A stretch of DNA of 64,000 nucleotides from the human T2T-CHM13v2.0 reference genome, Homo sapiens. A program made the translations under genes and the position numbers. The stretch lies in NCBI RefSeq assembly GCF_009914755.1, contig NC_060935.1, one strand, 5' to 3'. Of the stretch, positions 13,980-27,660 are shown in pieces; the stretch's first letter is position 1, and each line of letters starts with the position of its first letter. The notes under the pieces were generated by a model. That model worked only from the letters and a program-made list of their open reading frames with translations, did no database searches and was not told the origin of the DNA.

Positions 13980-15728
13980 TTTTTTTTTTTTTTTTTTTTG
14001 GCAGGGTTAGCTGAGGATTTATTTAGGACAGGAAAAAAAAAAAAGCAATTGAATTGTTTTGTAGCTGGAGGCACGGGCAAGGGGTGTCCTCAGGCACTAA
14101 ACTCCCCCGTGGGTGGGCTGAGGGCTAGGGCTGAGCCTCAGGTGGGTCCCCTGTTCCCTGTGCTACCCTGCACAGTGGCCTCCCTCCTGTGCTTTCCCGC
14201 AGCCGCAGGAGGGGCAGGCTGGGAGGGGCTGCCACAGCTGTTCACTTGGGCAGGACGTCAGAGGACTCGGACACCAGCTTCCCTTCGTGGGTCTCGATAT
14301 TCTTCACAACCACGGCCCTGGTGGAGCTGGTGTGGCTGAAGGAGCTGGAGCCGCGCCAGAGCCAAAGCTGGAGCCCAGGCCATAGCTGAGGCCAGGGCTT
14401 GTGAGGCCCCCATAGGCCGAGCTTAGACCACCTGCATAGACACTGGTGGTCTTTGTATGGATACTCATGTTCTGCATCCCAGACTCCAGCCGGCTCTCCT
14501 CGCCATCCAGCAGCTTCCTGTAGGTGGCGATCTCGATATCCAGGGCCAGTTTGACTTTCATCAGCTCCTGGTACCCATGCAGCTGTCACGGCATGTTCTG
14601 CTTGGCCCGCTGCAGGGCGGCCTCCAGCTCGGACAGCTTGGAGTTGGCATCCTTAATGGCCAGCTCCCCACGCTGCTCGGCATCTGCGATGGCGGCCTCC
14701 AGGGAAGCCCTCTGGCCTTTGAGGCCCTCAATCTCAGCCTGGAGCCGGCTGATGTTCCAGTTCATCTTGCAGATCTCAGTCTTGTGCGCTGCGGGTCATC
14801 CTCCTGCTTCCCAGCCAGCGTCTGCAGCTCCTCATACTTGATCTGGTGCATGCTCTCAGCCTCCGCCCGGCTGCGGTTGGAGATCACCTTGTACTGCGCC
14901 TTGACCTCAGCGATAGTGTTGTCCATGTCCAGGGAGCGGCTGCTGTCCATGGACAGCACCACAGATGTGTCCGAAATCTGGGACTGCAGCTCTGGGATCT
15001 CCTCTTCATACAGCTGCCTGAGGAAGTTGATCTCGTCAGTCAGCCCTTCCAGGAGAGACTCCAGCTCTACCTTGTTCATGTTAGCTTCATCCACATCCTT
15101 CTTGATGAGGACAAATTCATTCTCCAGCTCTGCACACTTATTGATCTCATCCTCATACTTGTTCTTGCAGTTCTCCATCAGCCCTTGCATGTTGCCAAGC
15201 TTCAGCTTCTCCTGGCCCAGAGTGTCCAGTTGCCGCCTAAGGTTGTTGATGTAGCTCTCGAACATGTTGTCCATGTTGCTCCGAGCTGTCTTCTGCTGCT
15301 GCAGGAGGCTCCACTTGGTCTCCAGCATCTTGTTATGCTGCTCCAGGAACCGTACCTTGTCTATGAAGGAGGCAAACTAGCTGTTGAGGGTCTTGATCTG
15401 CTCCTTCTCCTGGGTGCGCATGGCCTGGATTTTGGGATCTACCTCCAGGTTAAGGGGACTCAGCAGGTTCTGGTTGACTGTGTCAGTGGTGATGCCTCCC
15501 ATGCCGCTGGACCCACCATAACCTCCACCCAGGCTACCCCGGAAGCTGCTGGTACCACTGGGGAAAAGCTTGAGGAGCTGATGCAGGCACCAGGTCCACT
15601 CGTGTAGGAGCGGCTGCTGAAGTCCTGGGGGGCTAGAGGTGGACACCTCGTAGGACTTCTGGGTTACCCTGGTGGACATGGTAGAGGCAGGAGTGGAGGC
15701 AGGCGATGGGCCTGTGAACCAGGTGGAT
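13980..15728 (-). pseudogene. KRT8P49: Processed (retrotransposed) keratin 8 pseudogene; CDS remnant 15679..14242 with 5'UTR, 3'UTR, AATAAA and poly(A)
   Basis: Intronless match to KRT8 ([62 protein letters not shown]). AATAAA at 14018-14023 on -, poly(A) at 13980-13999. Stop at 15377-15379, several frameshifts and a 12-bp deletion (EAEL). The KRT8 origin is clear; the P49 number is from memory. Confidence 0.93.
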
Positions 15729-16397
15729 GGGCCTTTGATCTAGGTCTTATTACCATAAGTCTTGCTTCTGCCAGCATTTAAAACCCCAGGAAAAGCAGGA
15801 TTTTCTCTATACTCTTCAGGGCCTGAAAACAGAAATGGAAGATGGGGTGGACTTGTGACCTCCTGGTTAGATGACTTGTAGGGATCTGGACACAAAGCCT
15901 TGTACATTTTCTCTGGCCTAAATAGCATAGACAGCTAAAGTTTCAGACTAAAAGGAGAGAGGCTTCAGTTCTGCAGTAGTATTGTTCTTTTGACCTTAGT
16001 TTACATTAAAAACATAAAAGAATCAATTTACTATTTCCCTTGTGAAACGCAAGGATTAGAAATTTGCCTTTCTAATGGTTTGGAAGCAAAAATTATACCC
16101 CAATATTTTGGAGAATATAAAATCTAAAGATAAGGTTGCTATGGTTCCTACACAAAAATCCCAGAAAGGGATATGAGGTGGTAGGAGAAAGTTTTTGTAT
16201 AAATGAATCCAATAGAACAACTTCGTTTATTGCTATAATACAATGTTAACATTGAATTTTTCCTTCCTAGTTATGGCTGAGACAGAAAAATCGCAGATGC
16301 TAAATTCCAAAGTGAGTTGTCAGACTATCAAGGAAAACAGGTCAGGTGACAATGAGAATACACAATTCACTAAAGAATTAAAAAAGTTATTATAGAC

Positions 16398-16780
16398 TGA
16401 TATGGTTTGGATCTGTGTTCCTGCCTAAATCTCACAATGAATTGTAATCCCTATTGTTGGAGGTGGGGCCTGGTGGAAGGTGATTGGATCACAGGGACAG
16501 TTTCTCATGGCTTAACACCATCCCTCTTGGTGCTGTTTTTGCATAGTGATTTCTCGTGAGATCTGGTCGTTTAGGAGTGTATGGCACCTCCCCCTTGCTC
16601 CTTCTTCAGCCATGTGAAGTGTTGTTCCCTTTTGCCTTCTGCCATGACTGTAAGTTTCCTGAGGCCTGCCCAGCACCATGCTTCCTGTAGAACCTGCAGA
16701 ACCATGACATAATTAAACCTCCTTCTTTATAAATTACCCAGTCTCAGGTATTTATAGCAGTGTGAGAACTGACTAATACA
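16398..16780 (+). mobile_element. MaLR solo LTR MSTA-like
   Basis: tgatatggtttggatctgtg ... gactaataca with 5-bp TSD TAGAC at 16393-16397 and 16781-16785. Confidence 0.92.
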
Positions 16781-17701
16781 TAGACATAAAGATAACAGCC
16801 TAAAAAGTGAAATTTGAGACTGTTTTTTTTCCTACTAATCTGCATGCCCAAAGAGGAAATAGAGGAACGCATATATAACAGTCTTCTTGGCATCTTAAAA
16901 TTGCAAATGTCTTTTTACATACCCTAATGGTGAGCTAGCTTAGTGTCTTAAGCAAGAGGCAAATGGTGTCTTTGCAAGAACTGCCAGCTTTTGTTGTCAG
17001 AGCCTTGTTTGTTGAGAATTTCTTTTCTTTTTCTTTCTCTGATGTCAGAAAATTGTGATATAGAGGTAGTATGGACACAGTATCTTATGACATAGAAGGT
17101 GCTGTTAAATGGGGGTTCTCATCATAAGACTTGTGAAGAGGACCACTTTAGAGAAAGCTGTGTTAAGATTTTATTCACTCTCTCATCAGGTGTTTGAGCA
17201 GAGATATAATGGCTCCCTTCAGAGAGATCTGAGGTGGACAGTGAGTGCACTGATGACTGACTCCCTTTGAGAAACCTGAAGATCAGAAAAAGGGAGAGTT
17301 TCTGTGGTGGTAGAGTAAAAAGAATTGCAGTTTCTTATATAGGGTCCATACTACTCTCACAAATCTGCTTGTGCAAGACTACCTGAGTGTGTCCTGTGGA
17401 CCAGAAGTACACTGTGTGCATGTGAGAGAGCCAGTAAGAAGGTCCTCTTAGATGATGTCCAGTAGGGCTGTCTGCAGGCACAGTAAAGCCTCAACAGAAG
17501 AGAACTGGAGGTAACCTCTGGGCTGCAGAAAGAAATAGAGCACATTCACCAGACCAAAAGAACCTCTGGTGAGAAACCAGTAGTTTGTTGGGAGACTTTG
17601 ATGAACTCACAAAAGAAGTCCAAGAGAAGCCCCCCAAACCACTAAGCTTAGCAAATATGAAAACATCTTATGACAATATCGAATAAATAAGAATTTTACT
17701 A

Positions 17702-17980
17702 GGCCGGGCATGGTGGCTCACACCTGTAATCCCAGCACTTTGGGAGACCGAGGAGAATGGATCACTTGAGGTCCAGCCTGGCCAACATGGTGAAACTCAG
17801 GCTCTACTAAAAATACAAAATTAGCCAGGTGTGGTGGCATGTGCCTGTAGTCCCAGCTACTCGAAGGCTGAGGCACGAGAATCACTCGAACCCGGGAGAC
17901 GGAGGTTGAAATGAGCCGAGATCACGCCACCGCACTCCAGCCTGGGAGACAAGAGTGCAACTTCATTAAAAAAAAAAAAA
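17702..17980 (+). mobile_element. AluS with a ~13-bp left-arm deletion
   Basis: Alu dimer; gaggt|ccagcctggcc lacks caggagttcgaga; A tail present. Confidence 0.93.
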
Positions 17981-18231
17981 TTACCATTGGTTTTATTTTC
18001 TTTTCCTTTTAGTTTTGACCTTGACAGCATTAAAATAATAGCTAGTAAGATATGAGTGTGTGAAAGAGAAGCGAAGCCAATGAAGCTTCTCTCTAGATGT
18101 CCTGAGGACTACTTGTAGCCAGCTTTAGCTCAGATAGCAGAGAGGAGTATTATTTTTGAATGAAGATGCAAGTGTTGACTAATTTATTTCTAAATTGAAA
18201 GTGTGTTTTATAACTTTAAGTAGGACTTTTT

Positions 18232-18560
18232 GGCCCAGGGTGGTGCTTCACGCTTGTAATCCCAGCACTTTGGGAGGCCAAGGTGGGAGGATCGCTTCAG
18301 GCCAGGAGTTTGAGACTAGCCTAAGCAGTATACTGAGATCTGATCTCTACAAAAAAGTTAAAAAATTAGCCAGGCATGATAGGGCTTACACCTGTAGCCC
18401 TAGCTACTCAGGAGGCTGAGGCAGGAGGTTCAGGATTGCTTGAGGCCAGGAATTTGAGGTTGCCGTGAACTATGATTATGCCATTGCACTCCATCCTGGG
18501 TGAAGACCGGGACCCTGTCTCTAAAACAAAACAAAACAAAAAACAAAAATCCGTAAAAAA
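18232..18560 (+). mobile_element. AluJ
   Basis: Diverged Alu with J-type gggaggatcgctt and gaccctgtctct; (AAAAC)n tail. Confidence 0.9.
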
Positions 18561-19018
18561 CAAGTAAGACTTTCTATTTTCTATGATAAGAAAAAACTTA
18601 CATTGCTTGTCAACATTTTTATCCAAGGGTAAGAAAAAAATGTTTTCCACTGAGTAGCTATAAAAGGAGTGAGGGTTAAAAAACAAATAAGAAAATAAAA
18701 ACAAAAACAAAAACTCCATTTGCTTTAAAGGTAACATCCCATGCATACTGTTTGTTCATCAACTTTAGTTACGTTATAAAAGACAATCAGTATCACTTCT
18801 TTCTTTCAATCAGATGATTTAGAAGGAGATATTGCTCACTGGACATCACATGGTCTGTTTAATAGCATTTGCTAAAATGTTTGCTTACAGTCATCAAACA
18901 TTTATAAATAGCAAATATAAAAATTTTATTATTTAAAAAGAAATTTTTATGGCCATATTTGAAAAAAATCTGTATTTTTTAAAATGTTTGGTTTAGTACA
19001 AGGTACATGACAATCCTA

Positions 19019-19404
<386 letters not shown>

Positions 19405-19786
19405 TCATTATCCAACTATTAAATTAGAAAATATTTAAGTAAAAATGTCACAACACTGCTGAGTGTAAGTGAGCAGAATATACTCATGATCAGTTATTGG
19501 GAGTATAATTGGTACAGTTCTCCTGAGAAGTAAAATTTTAAAAACAAGGTATGTATTAGGAGGTCTAAATTATTAACTTGTAAAATTCAGTAATTTGAAT
19601 TAAAATGATATATTCAAGGAAAAATAAGATATGAAAAAGTTATTAATAAAGATGCTAGTCACAATTGGATTTTCACATGGCATGAAAAATTGGAAAGGAC
19701 CTGAGTAATTTAACATAGGGAAATGGTTCCTTGTTAAACATTATATTATAATCCAAGAAGAAATTAAAACTTACACATATTAATCT

Positions 19787-20172
19787 TGTCTTCATAATGA
19801 AGGCATGATTTCCATAGCTTTCCAGAGTACTGGGTACTGACAGCTTATAGCTGAGTCCCTCTCTAGAAATTGCCCTCGGACCAGTGGAGTTGCCACACCC
19901 AAGTTTACTATGGGACTTATCCAGTGACTGATCAGTAGAGGAGTACAGAGGCCTTGTCCCCCTTGCCTAGACAACTCTGAAGGGCCATTTCAGCCCTGGA
20001 GTGCCCATGGGACTTGTGGCCTCTGTTATAAGTGTGAGAGAATTCAGATCCCCTTTTGCCCAGTCAGGCCTCCCTTCTATTATGGATGCTATTTTAAAAA
20101 GGATACTTTAATTAGTTTTCTGCATACAAATCTCTATTTCAGAATTTTTTTCTGACAAATATGATCTAAGGC
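19787..20172 (+). mobile_element. ERVL LTR, LTR16-like
   Basis: Contains gacaactctgaagggccatttcagc and the 3' end ctgcatacaaatctctatttcaga...ctaaggca, typical of the LTR16 family. Confidence 0.55.
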
Positions 20173-21904
20173 AAAATATTGCCTTTTGTCCCCTCTTAAT
20201 AGTCTTCCCCTTTTTTTCTTAGGAGGTGCTTGCTAGAGGTAAACACTATTCTGAAAGTGGTAAGCATCATTCCTTTTAAAGTCTTTAAATTTTTCTTGAA
20301 TATATACACCTGCACATACACAAACATACACACAGAGCACATGGAATTGTTTAGAAATTTTAAAATCAAGTAAATGCATTCTATTTTACATATTCAATAT
20401 TCAATGTGCATTTTGCTTTATTAACTAAATCTATTTTGAGATCATGCACGTTGATGTATATAATATTTATATAATTATATATGGTTTAAAAACTTGTGTG
20501 TAGTATTTTATGTTAGAAAAATACTACATGCTTTGCATAAAAAATCATCTCCCTAGTCACAGACATTTAAATTGTTCCAATTTTTTGCCATGACTAAAAA
20601 AATTAAATATTTTTCATTAAATATTAAATATTAAATATTTTTATCCAAAGCTTTAAAAATTGTACCATAAGCATCTTCCTAGTTCATATGTAAGTTAAAT
20701 TGTTGGGCGATACAATGTAAAAGTCAGAGTTTAAGCAGAAAATTAGAAGCCACTACAAATATTTTCAAAGGATGTTTTTACTTATGTGATGGAGAATCCT
20801 GACAGCCAAGCAGGTGATGGTGAGGTAACCTGATTGCAGCAAGCTACTACATCCTCATGGCTGGAATCTCCTTGGTGTTATTGGAGCTCAGGAGCTGTGA
20901 CACCCTGACAGAAGGTGGAAATGTGGAGAAAATGCAACACTGCCAGAGAAGCTGCCCCAGACAGAGAGGGGCAGGAAGAAACTTCTTAACTCCTTGCCTC
21001 ACCTTCAGACTTAACTAGTTTCTCCCATGGGCCAAACCCAACTAGAATACGGTTAACATGGAAGGCTGAGATAGCTAGCCTGCAAGGTTCAGCTCCTTGG
21101 AGGTATTGAGCAGAGTAAAATAGGGGAAATAAACGGATTTGAGGGCAAACATGTTCAAGATAATCACAGTCCATTCTTTTTGCTATTCATCAAATATATT
21201 TAATGACTTCATGATTTAACCTAACAGGTGTGAGCATATATATATATATAACATAACTTTCCTTTTCTCTGTCAAAAGTGCAAATGAGAAAGCCTCTCAT
21301 TGAGTTCATTGCAAATCCAGGAAGCCCAAGTGGTAAACAATTCTCCCAATCTGATCAGGCATGGATTTTTGTGGTCTGATGACCTACGTGATGCATCGTA
21401 AAGTTAAGTAATATCTGCACTCCTCATACAAGGTAGTGAGGAAAGGGAAAATAACTGGCTAATATATTTGCATTAAAATGCATAGATAATACAGCCCTCA
21501 TTTTTGTAGCTGGTCATGAGACAATGTTTTACATTTATCGTTTTCTTTAAGCCCGCTAAACTAATACACATCACCTTTTCTTTAGCTTTCACTTTGACTG
21601 GTGGTTTACCCAAATTTTTATTCCCCAAAGGACTGTGTTCCCATTGGTCTTTCCCTTATTGGGTTGCTTTAATATTTCCTTTGCCTTTACTATTAGATAT
21701 GGGACATACGAGGTGCCCCAGTGAAACCTCTGAGTTCCAGATATAGTCTTAACTTCCCCTGTGGGATAGGTGCAACCTGATTTCTCCTTAAGTTTTGGAA
21801 TCAGTATTGGAAGGGGATGACAGACATTAATAGCACCACTAAAGAGCCAGGATGCAGAGAAAGAATTTCTCATCACATCTCCTTTTATTTTAACACTTAG
21901 GTTT

Positions 21905-21910
<6 letters not shown>

Positions 21911-21937
<27 letters not shown>
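21911..21937. repeat. (GA)n microsatellite
   Basis: Directly visible. Confidence 0.93.
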
Positions 21938-22079
21938 CAAGCGAGCATTGAGAGTGATAGGTGACTACTGCATACTCAACCAAACAGGAGCCCTATTTGC
22001 TGCTGCTTTGTTAGATCAGATTAGCACAGCTTCCAATGCATGTTATGTGGCTATTGATATTTTTCCATTCATGAGATAA

Positions 22080-22795
<716 letters not shown>

Positions 22796-23889
22796 GAATC
22801 AGCTTCCCCACCACTCCCAACACACACACAATTTGGTGTGGCCTCGCTGACACTGAATTTTTCTTGAATGCCAAGAGGGCCCACAATCATTTCTTTCTTT
22901 TCTCCCATTAAATGTATAGCTCATTTGTGTAAGTTTTTTCAGTATGAAGATGAGAGCTCTAAGTATCCACTGGCATAAGGACTACGGCTAGCTAGGACAT
23001 CTGGCACTGATCTGTCTGTACCCTGACATGTAAAGACAGTTGTCAGTGGCTTTGCTGTCCCTTACCCTCTCCTTCCACACTGATGTTTCTAGACGATAAG
23101 GAAAGGCACTATAAGATATGCCTACGTATATACCTCTGGTGTGGGGACATTTTCTATAATATTCTGAATTTAATGTTCTATTACTTAATCTAATGTTAAA
23201 GAGTTTTTGTGCATGTGTGCATGCACATGTGTGGGTTCATACATGTGGCTATTTCCTGTCAATTCATAGCCCACCAGAAATGATGTATTTAGGGATTCTT
23301 CGCTGTATTTAATATTTTGTGTTCATGTTTTTGTAGGTATTGTGTCTATTCACTATGGATGGATTTCCTTCTGTATTGTGGGGAAAGGATAAGATATCCT
23401 GTCATCGGGAGGCATGGTAGACTATTAGCTCTTTATCTGGGTATGGGGTTCTCTGTTCCTCCTGGATGTTGCCAGTGAGTTGAAGTGTAGACCTACCTTG
23501 GAGAAACCACCCACATTCATTCTTCCCACCTTGAGGCAAATATCTCTTTGTGTCCTAAAGGATGGCACAAATAGGCCAGGGTGGGGTTAGTGGAGCAGTA
23601 AAATGACTGGTCATTACAATGGAGTTTACCAATCCACACCTCAGAGACTGAACCATCCCATTGAATTGCTTCCACTTCTCGTTCGATATTCTCCTGTACA
23701 TATTTTGGGCTGCAGTTTGTCTGTCAATGTTATTTCATCTTTTGTTGTATCTTTTTATGAATTCCCTATCTTTATGGATCACTGATTATAAGCTTACTTA
23801 TATTCCAGGGAAACTGTGAATGTAATCTTTTTCTTCTTATTTTTATAGGCTAGGAATTAAAGATTACCTTCCTTATGGAATCTTTAATT

Positions 23890-26240
23890 CTTTTTTAATA
23901 CAATAGTTTTTTGTGATACAATTCACATACATACAATTCATTCATTTAAAATGTAAAAATTAATGATGTTTAGTATATTCATGAAGTTTTGTGGCTGTAC
24001 TTAATGTGTTACTTGTTCCAGCCTGGGCAAAAGAGCGAGACTCGTCTCAAAAAAAAAAAAAAAAAAAAGAAAATTTTCATGAACCCCAAGAGAAGCACCC
24101 TATCCAGAAGCAGTCGCACCTCATTGCTCTCCATCCCTCTCAGCCCTGAGCAATCACTAATCTACTTTTTGTCTCTATAGATTTGCCTATTCTGAAGATT
24201 TTATATAAATTGAATCATACAATATTGGGCATTTGTGACTGGCTTTTTTCATTTGGTGCACTGTTTTCAAGGTTTATACATTGTGTGGCAAGTATTAGTA
24301 CTTCAGTCCTTTTTATAGCTGAATAAATATTCCATTGCATGGTTCCATCACATTTTGTATATTCATTTTTTAGTTGGTGGAAATTTGGGCGGCAGCGCCA
24401 TTTGTTGAAAACACCATTCTTTCTTCATTGAGCTGTCTTGACACCCTGGTTAAAAATTAGCTGACAGGACACGTGAGTGTATATTTCTGGACTCTCAATT
24501 CCAGTTCACTGAGGGATATGTCTATCCTATGCCAGTACTATGTACTGTCTGGATAACAGCAGCTGTGTAATAAATTTTGATATTAGTAAGTATGCAACAC
24601 CCAACTTTGCTCTTCTTTTTCAAGATTATTTTGGCTCTTCTGGAACCCTTAAAATTCCATATGTATTTTAGGACCAGCTTGACAATTTATGCAAAGAAGC
24701 AAGATTGAATTTTGATGTCGATTACATTACATTTGTAGACCAACTTGGAAATTGCAGCCATCTTAGCGAGATTAAGTCTTCAAATCCATGAATATGACAT
24801 GTTGTTCCATTTACATTTATAACACGTTGTTCCAAGGTTAATTTATTTCAGCAATATTTTGGTGTATGATATTTTCAGTGTGAAAGTCTTATGCCTCTTT
24901 AATTGAATTTATTTCTAACTAATCTATTCTTTTTGATGCTATTGTAAATGGAATTTTTCTCTTAATTTCAGTTTTAGATTGTTCATTTTTAGTGTATGGA
25001 AATACAATTGCTTTTTTTATTTATCTCTTGTTCTGCAACTTGTCTGAACCCATTTATTAGTTTTAATATTTAGTAGATTAAAAAATTTAGTAGAAAATTC
25101 TTAGAATTTTCTATACAAAAGATGATGTCAATGCAAATAGAAATAGTTTTACCTTCCTCTTTCCCTGGATTTTATTTCCTTGCCTTGTCTAGCTGTTGTG
25201 GCTAGAACCTCCAGGGCAATGTTGAATAAAATGGATGAGAGTGGACATCCTTGTCTTTTTCATTATATTAGAGGGGAATATTCAGACTTTCTCCATTAAG
25301 GATCATATTACCTGTGGGTTTTTCATAAATGTCTATTATCAGTTGACGAAATTCCTTTTTGTTCTACATTGTTGAGTGTTGTTATCAAAAATGATAGTTG
25401 AATCTTGTCAAATGCTTCTTCTACACCTTTGAGATGATCATGTAGTTTTTGTTCTTTATCCTATTCATTGTTCTACAGCTTTTTTTCTAATGTTAAATCA
25501 ACTTTGCATTCTTGGAATAAATTTCACTTAGTCATGGTGTATAATCCTTTTTATATGTTGCTGGATTTAGTTTGCTATATTTAATTGATGATGTTTTCAT
25601 CTATATTCACAAGAAATCTTAACAATTTTCTTTTCCTATGATGTCTTTGCATAGTTTTGACATCATGATAAAATGGCTTCATAAAATGAGTTGGAATGTA
25701 TTTACTCTTCTATTTTTGAAAGAGCTTATGAAGAATTGATATTAATTTTTCTTTAAGTGTTTAGTGAAATTTGCCACTGAATCATCTAGGTCCATGTTTT
25801 CCTTCTTGAGAAGTTTTACATTTACTAATTCACTTGTATCAAATAATTAACTTTGTTTTGTTGACTGTTGTTTTTTCTATTCTCTATTTCATTAATTTCT
25901 AATCTAAACATTCTTTTATTCCTTCTGCTTGATTTAGGTTTAGTTAGTTCTTCCTTTTTTTCCTCAATGTCTTAAAATGGAAGTTTAGGCTATTGATTTA
26001 TTTCCTTTGGATAAAGGCATTTACAGCTGTACATTTTCCTATTTAAAGCGGTGTTTAGCTTCATCCCACAGGTTTTGGTACGCGGCGTCTTCACTTTCAT
26101 TAATCTCACACCATTTTCTAATTCCCTTTGGGATTTTTTTTATGACCCGTGGGTTATTTAGGAATGTATTATTTAATTTTCACATATTTGTGAATTTGTA
26201 AATCTTTATTGTTAATTTCTAACTTAATTCCCCTGTGTCC
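23890..26240 (-). mobile_element. Old L1 (L1M) 3'UTR/ORF2 remnant
   Basis: Antisense L1 hallmarks: gctgaataaatattccattg, gatgctattgtaaatggaattt, gagagtggacatccttgtct, ggttatttaggaatgtattatttaattttcac. Boundaries approximate. Confidence 0.8.
24017..24073 (+). mobile_element. Severely 5'-truncated Alu (3' terminal ~32 nt plus poly-A)
   Basis: tccagcctgggcaaaagagcgagactcgtctc followed by about 20 A. Confidence 0.85.
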
Positions 26241-26267
26241 CTTTCCTCTTGGACTTACACTCCTTTT

Positions 26268-26353
26268 ATATAAGCAGGGCATAGGCAGAATAGCATCGCA
26301 TAGCATATTTATATAAGCAGGGCATAGGCAGAATAGCATCGCATAGCATATTT
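26268..26353. repeat. Perfect 43-bp tandem duplication
   Basis: atataagcagggcataggcagaatagcatcgcatagcatattt at 26268-26310 and again at 26311-26353. Confidence 0.96.
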
Positions 26354-27660
26354 TCAGCTTGTATCTCTTGGCATGAGTACTGCACCTTAGGATTGAGCTG
26401 GGGAAAGGGTGATGGGTCCCCAGTATTCTCTGACAGCTATGCCTGGCATACAGCTATGAGTGAGGGCTGGGTGGATGAAGGGAGTCACTGACCTCTTGGC
26501 TGCACTCACCTGGAGGTTAGCTTCTGCAATATGGAGCCGGGGTGAGACATATTGGTGGTCTGGACTGAGAACTGAGGAGGGTCTGGGGGAAGAAGGAGAA
26601 AGCCCTGTGTTCTTGGCTACGCCTACTTGGAGTGGAGCTATCAGCTATCAGTATGCCTAGCTGTGGGGAAGGGAAGGGCCAAAGCTGGCTTTAGTTCAAG
26701 CACCACAGAATCTCACTGTTTTCACAATGATTTAACACATTTTCTTGAATTGTTTTTCATTGACTATATGCCCTTAGAGCAATTTCCAGAGAATTTAAAT
26801 GGTTATGTCTATATCACTATATATATGTGTGTGTGTATATATCTATATGGTTGTATAGCTATATATACAGATATACATGCGTGCATGTGTGTGTGTGTAC
26901 CTCACTGTTTATGGATGTTCCCTCGAATAGTGTGTCCTCAGAGCTCCTCATGCTATCATTATAGAAATGGATCTCTCCCCTTACCTTATAGCTCAAACAA
27001 CACATTGTGATGGTTCCCAGGCTGGATTTAACATTTGTCTTATATATTCTTATTACTCCTGTTGCCAGTATCTATATATCCTAACATATTACATAGTAAT
27101 CAGATTTTGAATGGTTGTTTTTTAATCTATGTATTTCAAAAATTATAACAATATATTGTTTGTTTCTGCCACTCTGTAATATTGTTTAGCATCTCGCAAT
27201 AGTAGACCCTCAGTAAATGAAAGAATGAATCAGTGGTGATTAAATTATATTTCAGAATAATAGACAATAGTTCTAATTTAATCAAAAAGTAAAAAACACT
27301 TAATAATTTTATTAGTTATATTTAAAAATCAAATAGAACAGAATATATGACTTATTGTTTTACATATAATTTCGGAGGTTTGGTCTCATGAAGAAAGTGC
27401 TCATTTCAGCCATTATTATTCATACTTCCAAACCTTTAGTAACATTTTCATAATATTAAGATATTTCATTGTTCATTCCTTAAGAGTAGATTAGTAGTAA
27501 TTCTATTAAATATAAAGAATAAATTTCCACCAAACTGCATCCCCTATGCAACCTTCTACTTAAAAAAAATGTGAGGTCACTGATATAAGGGATTATTGAT
27601 TAAACACTATGTCTTGGAGTTGATAAGAAGGGAGTAGATTTTATTTCAGAAGTATTAGAG

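Noticed and set aside
14457-15607. Long + strand ORFs (265 aa and 253 aa)
   Set aside because: They are antisense shadows of the GC-rich, codon-biased keratin CDS, and show no recognisable protein features.
13453-16780. KRT8 retrocopy flanked by two same-orientation MSTA LTRs, resembling an LTR element that captured a cellular cDNA
   Set aside because: Each LTR has its own distinct 5-bp TSD on both sides (CCTTG and TAGAC), so they are independent solo LTRs. The retrocopy has its own poly(A), typical of L1-mediated insertion.
26268-26353. Direct repeats as a possible CRISPR-like array
   Set aside because: There are only two abutting copies with no spacers, no cas genes, and the context is mammalian.
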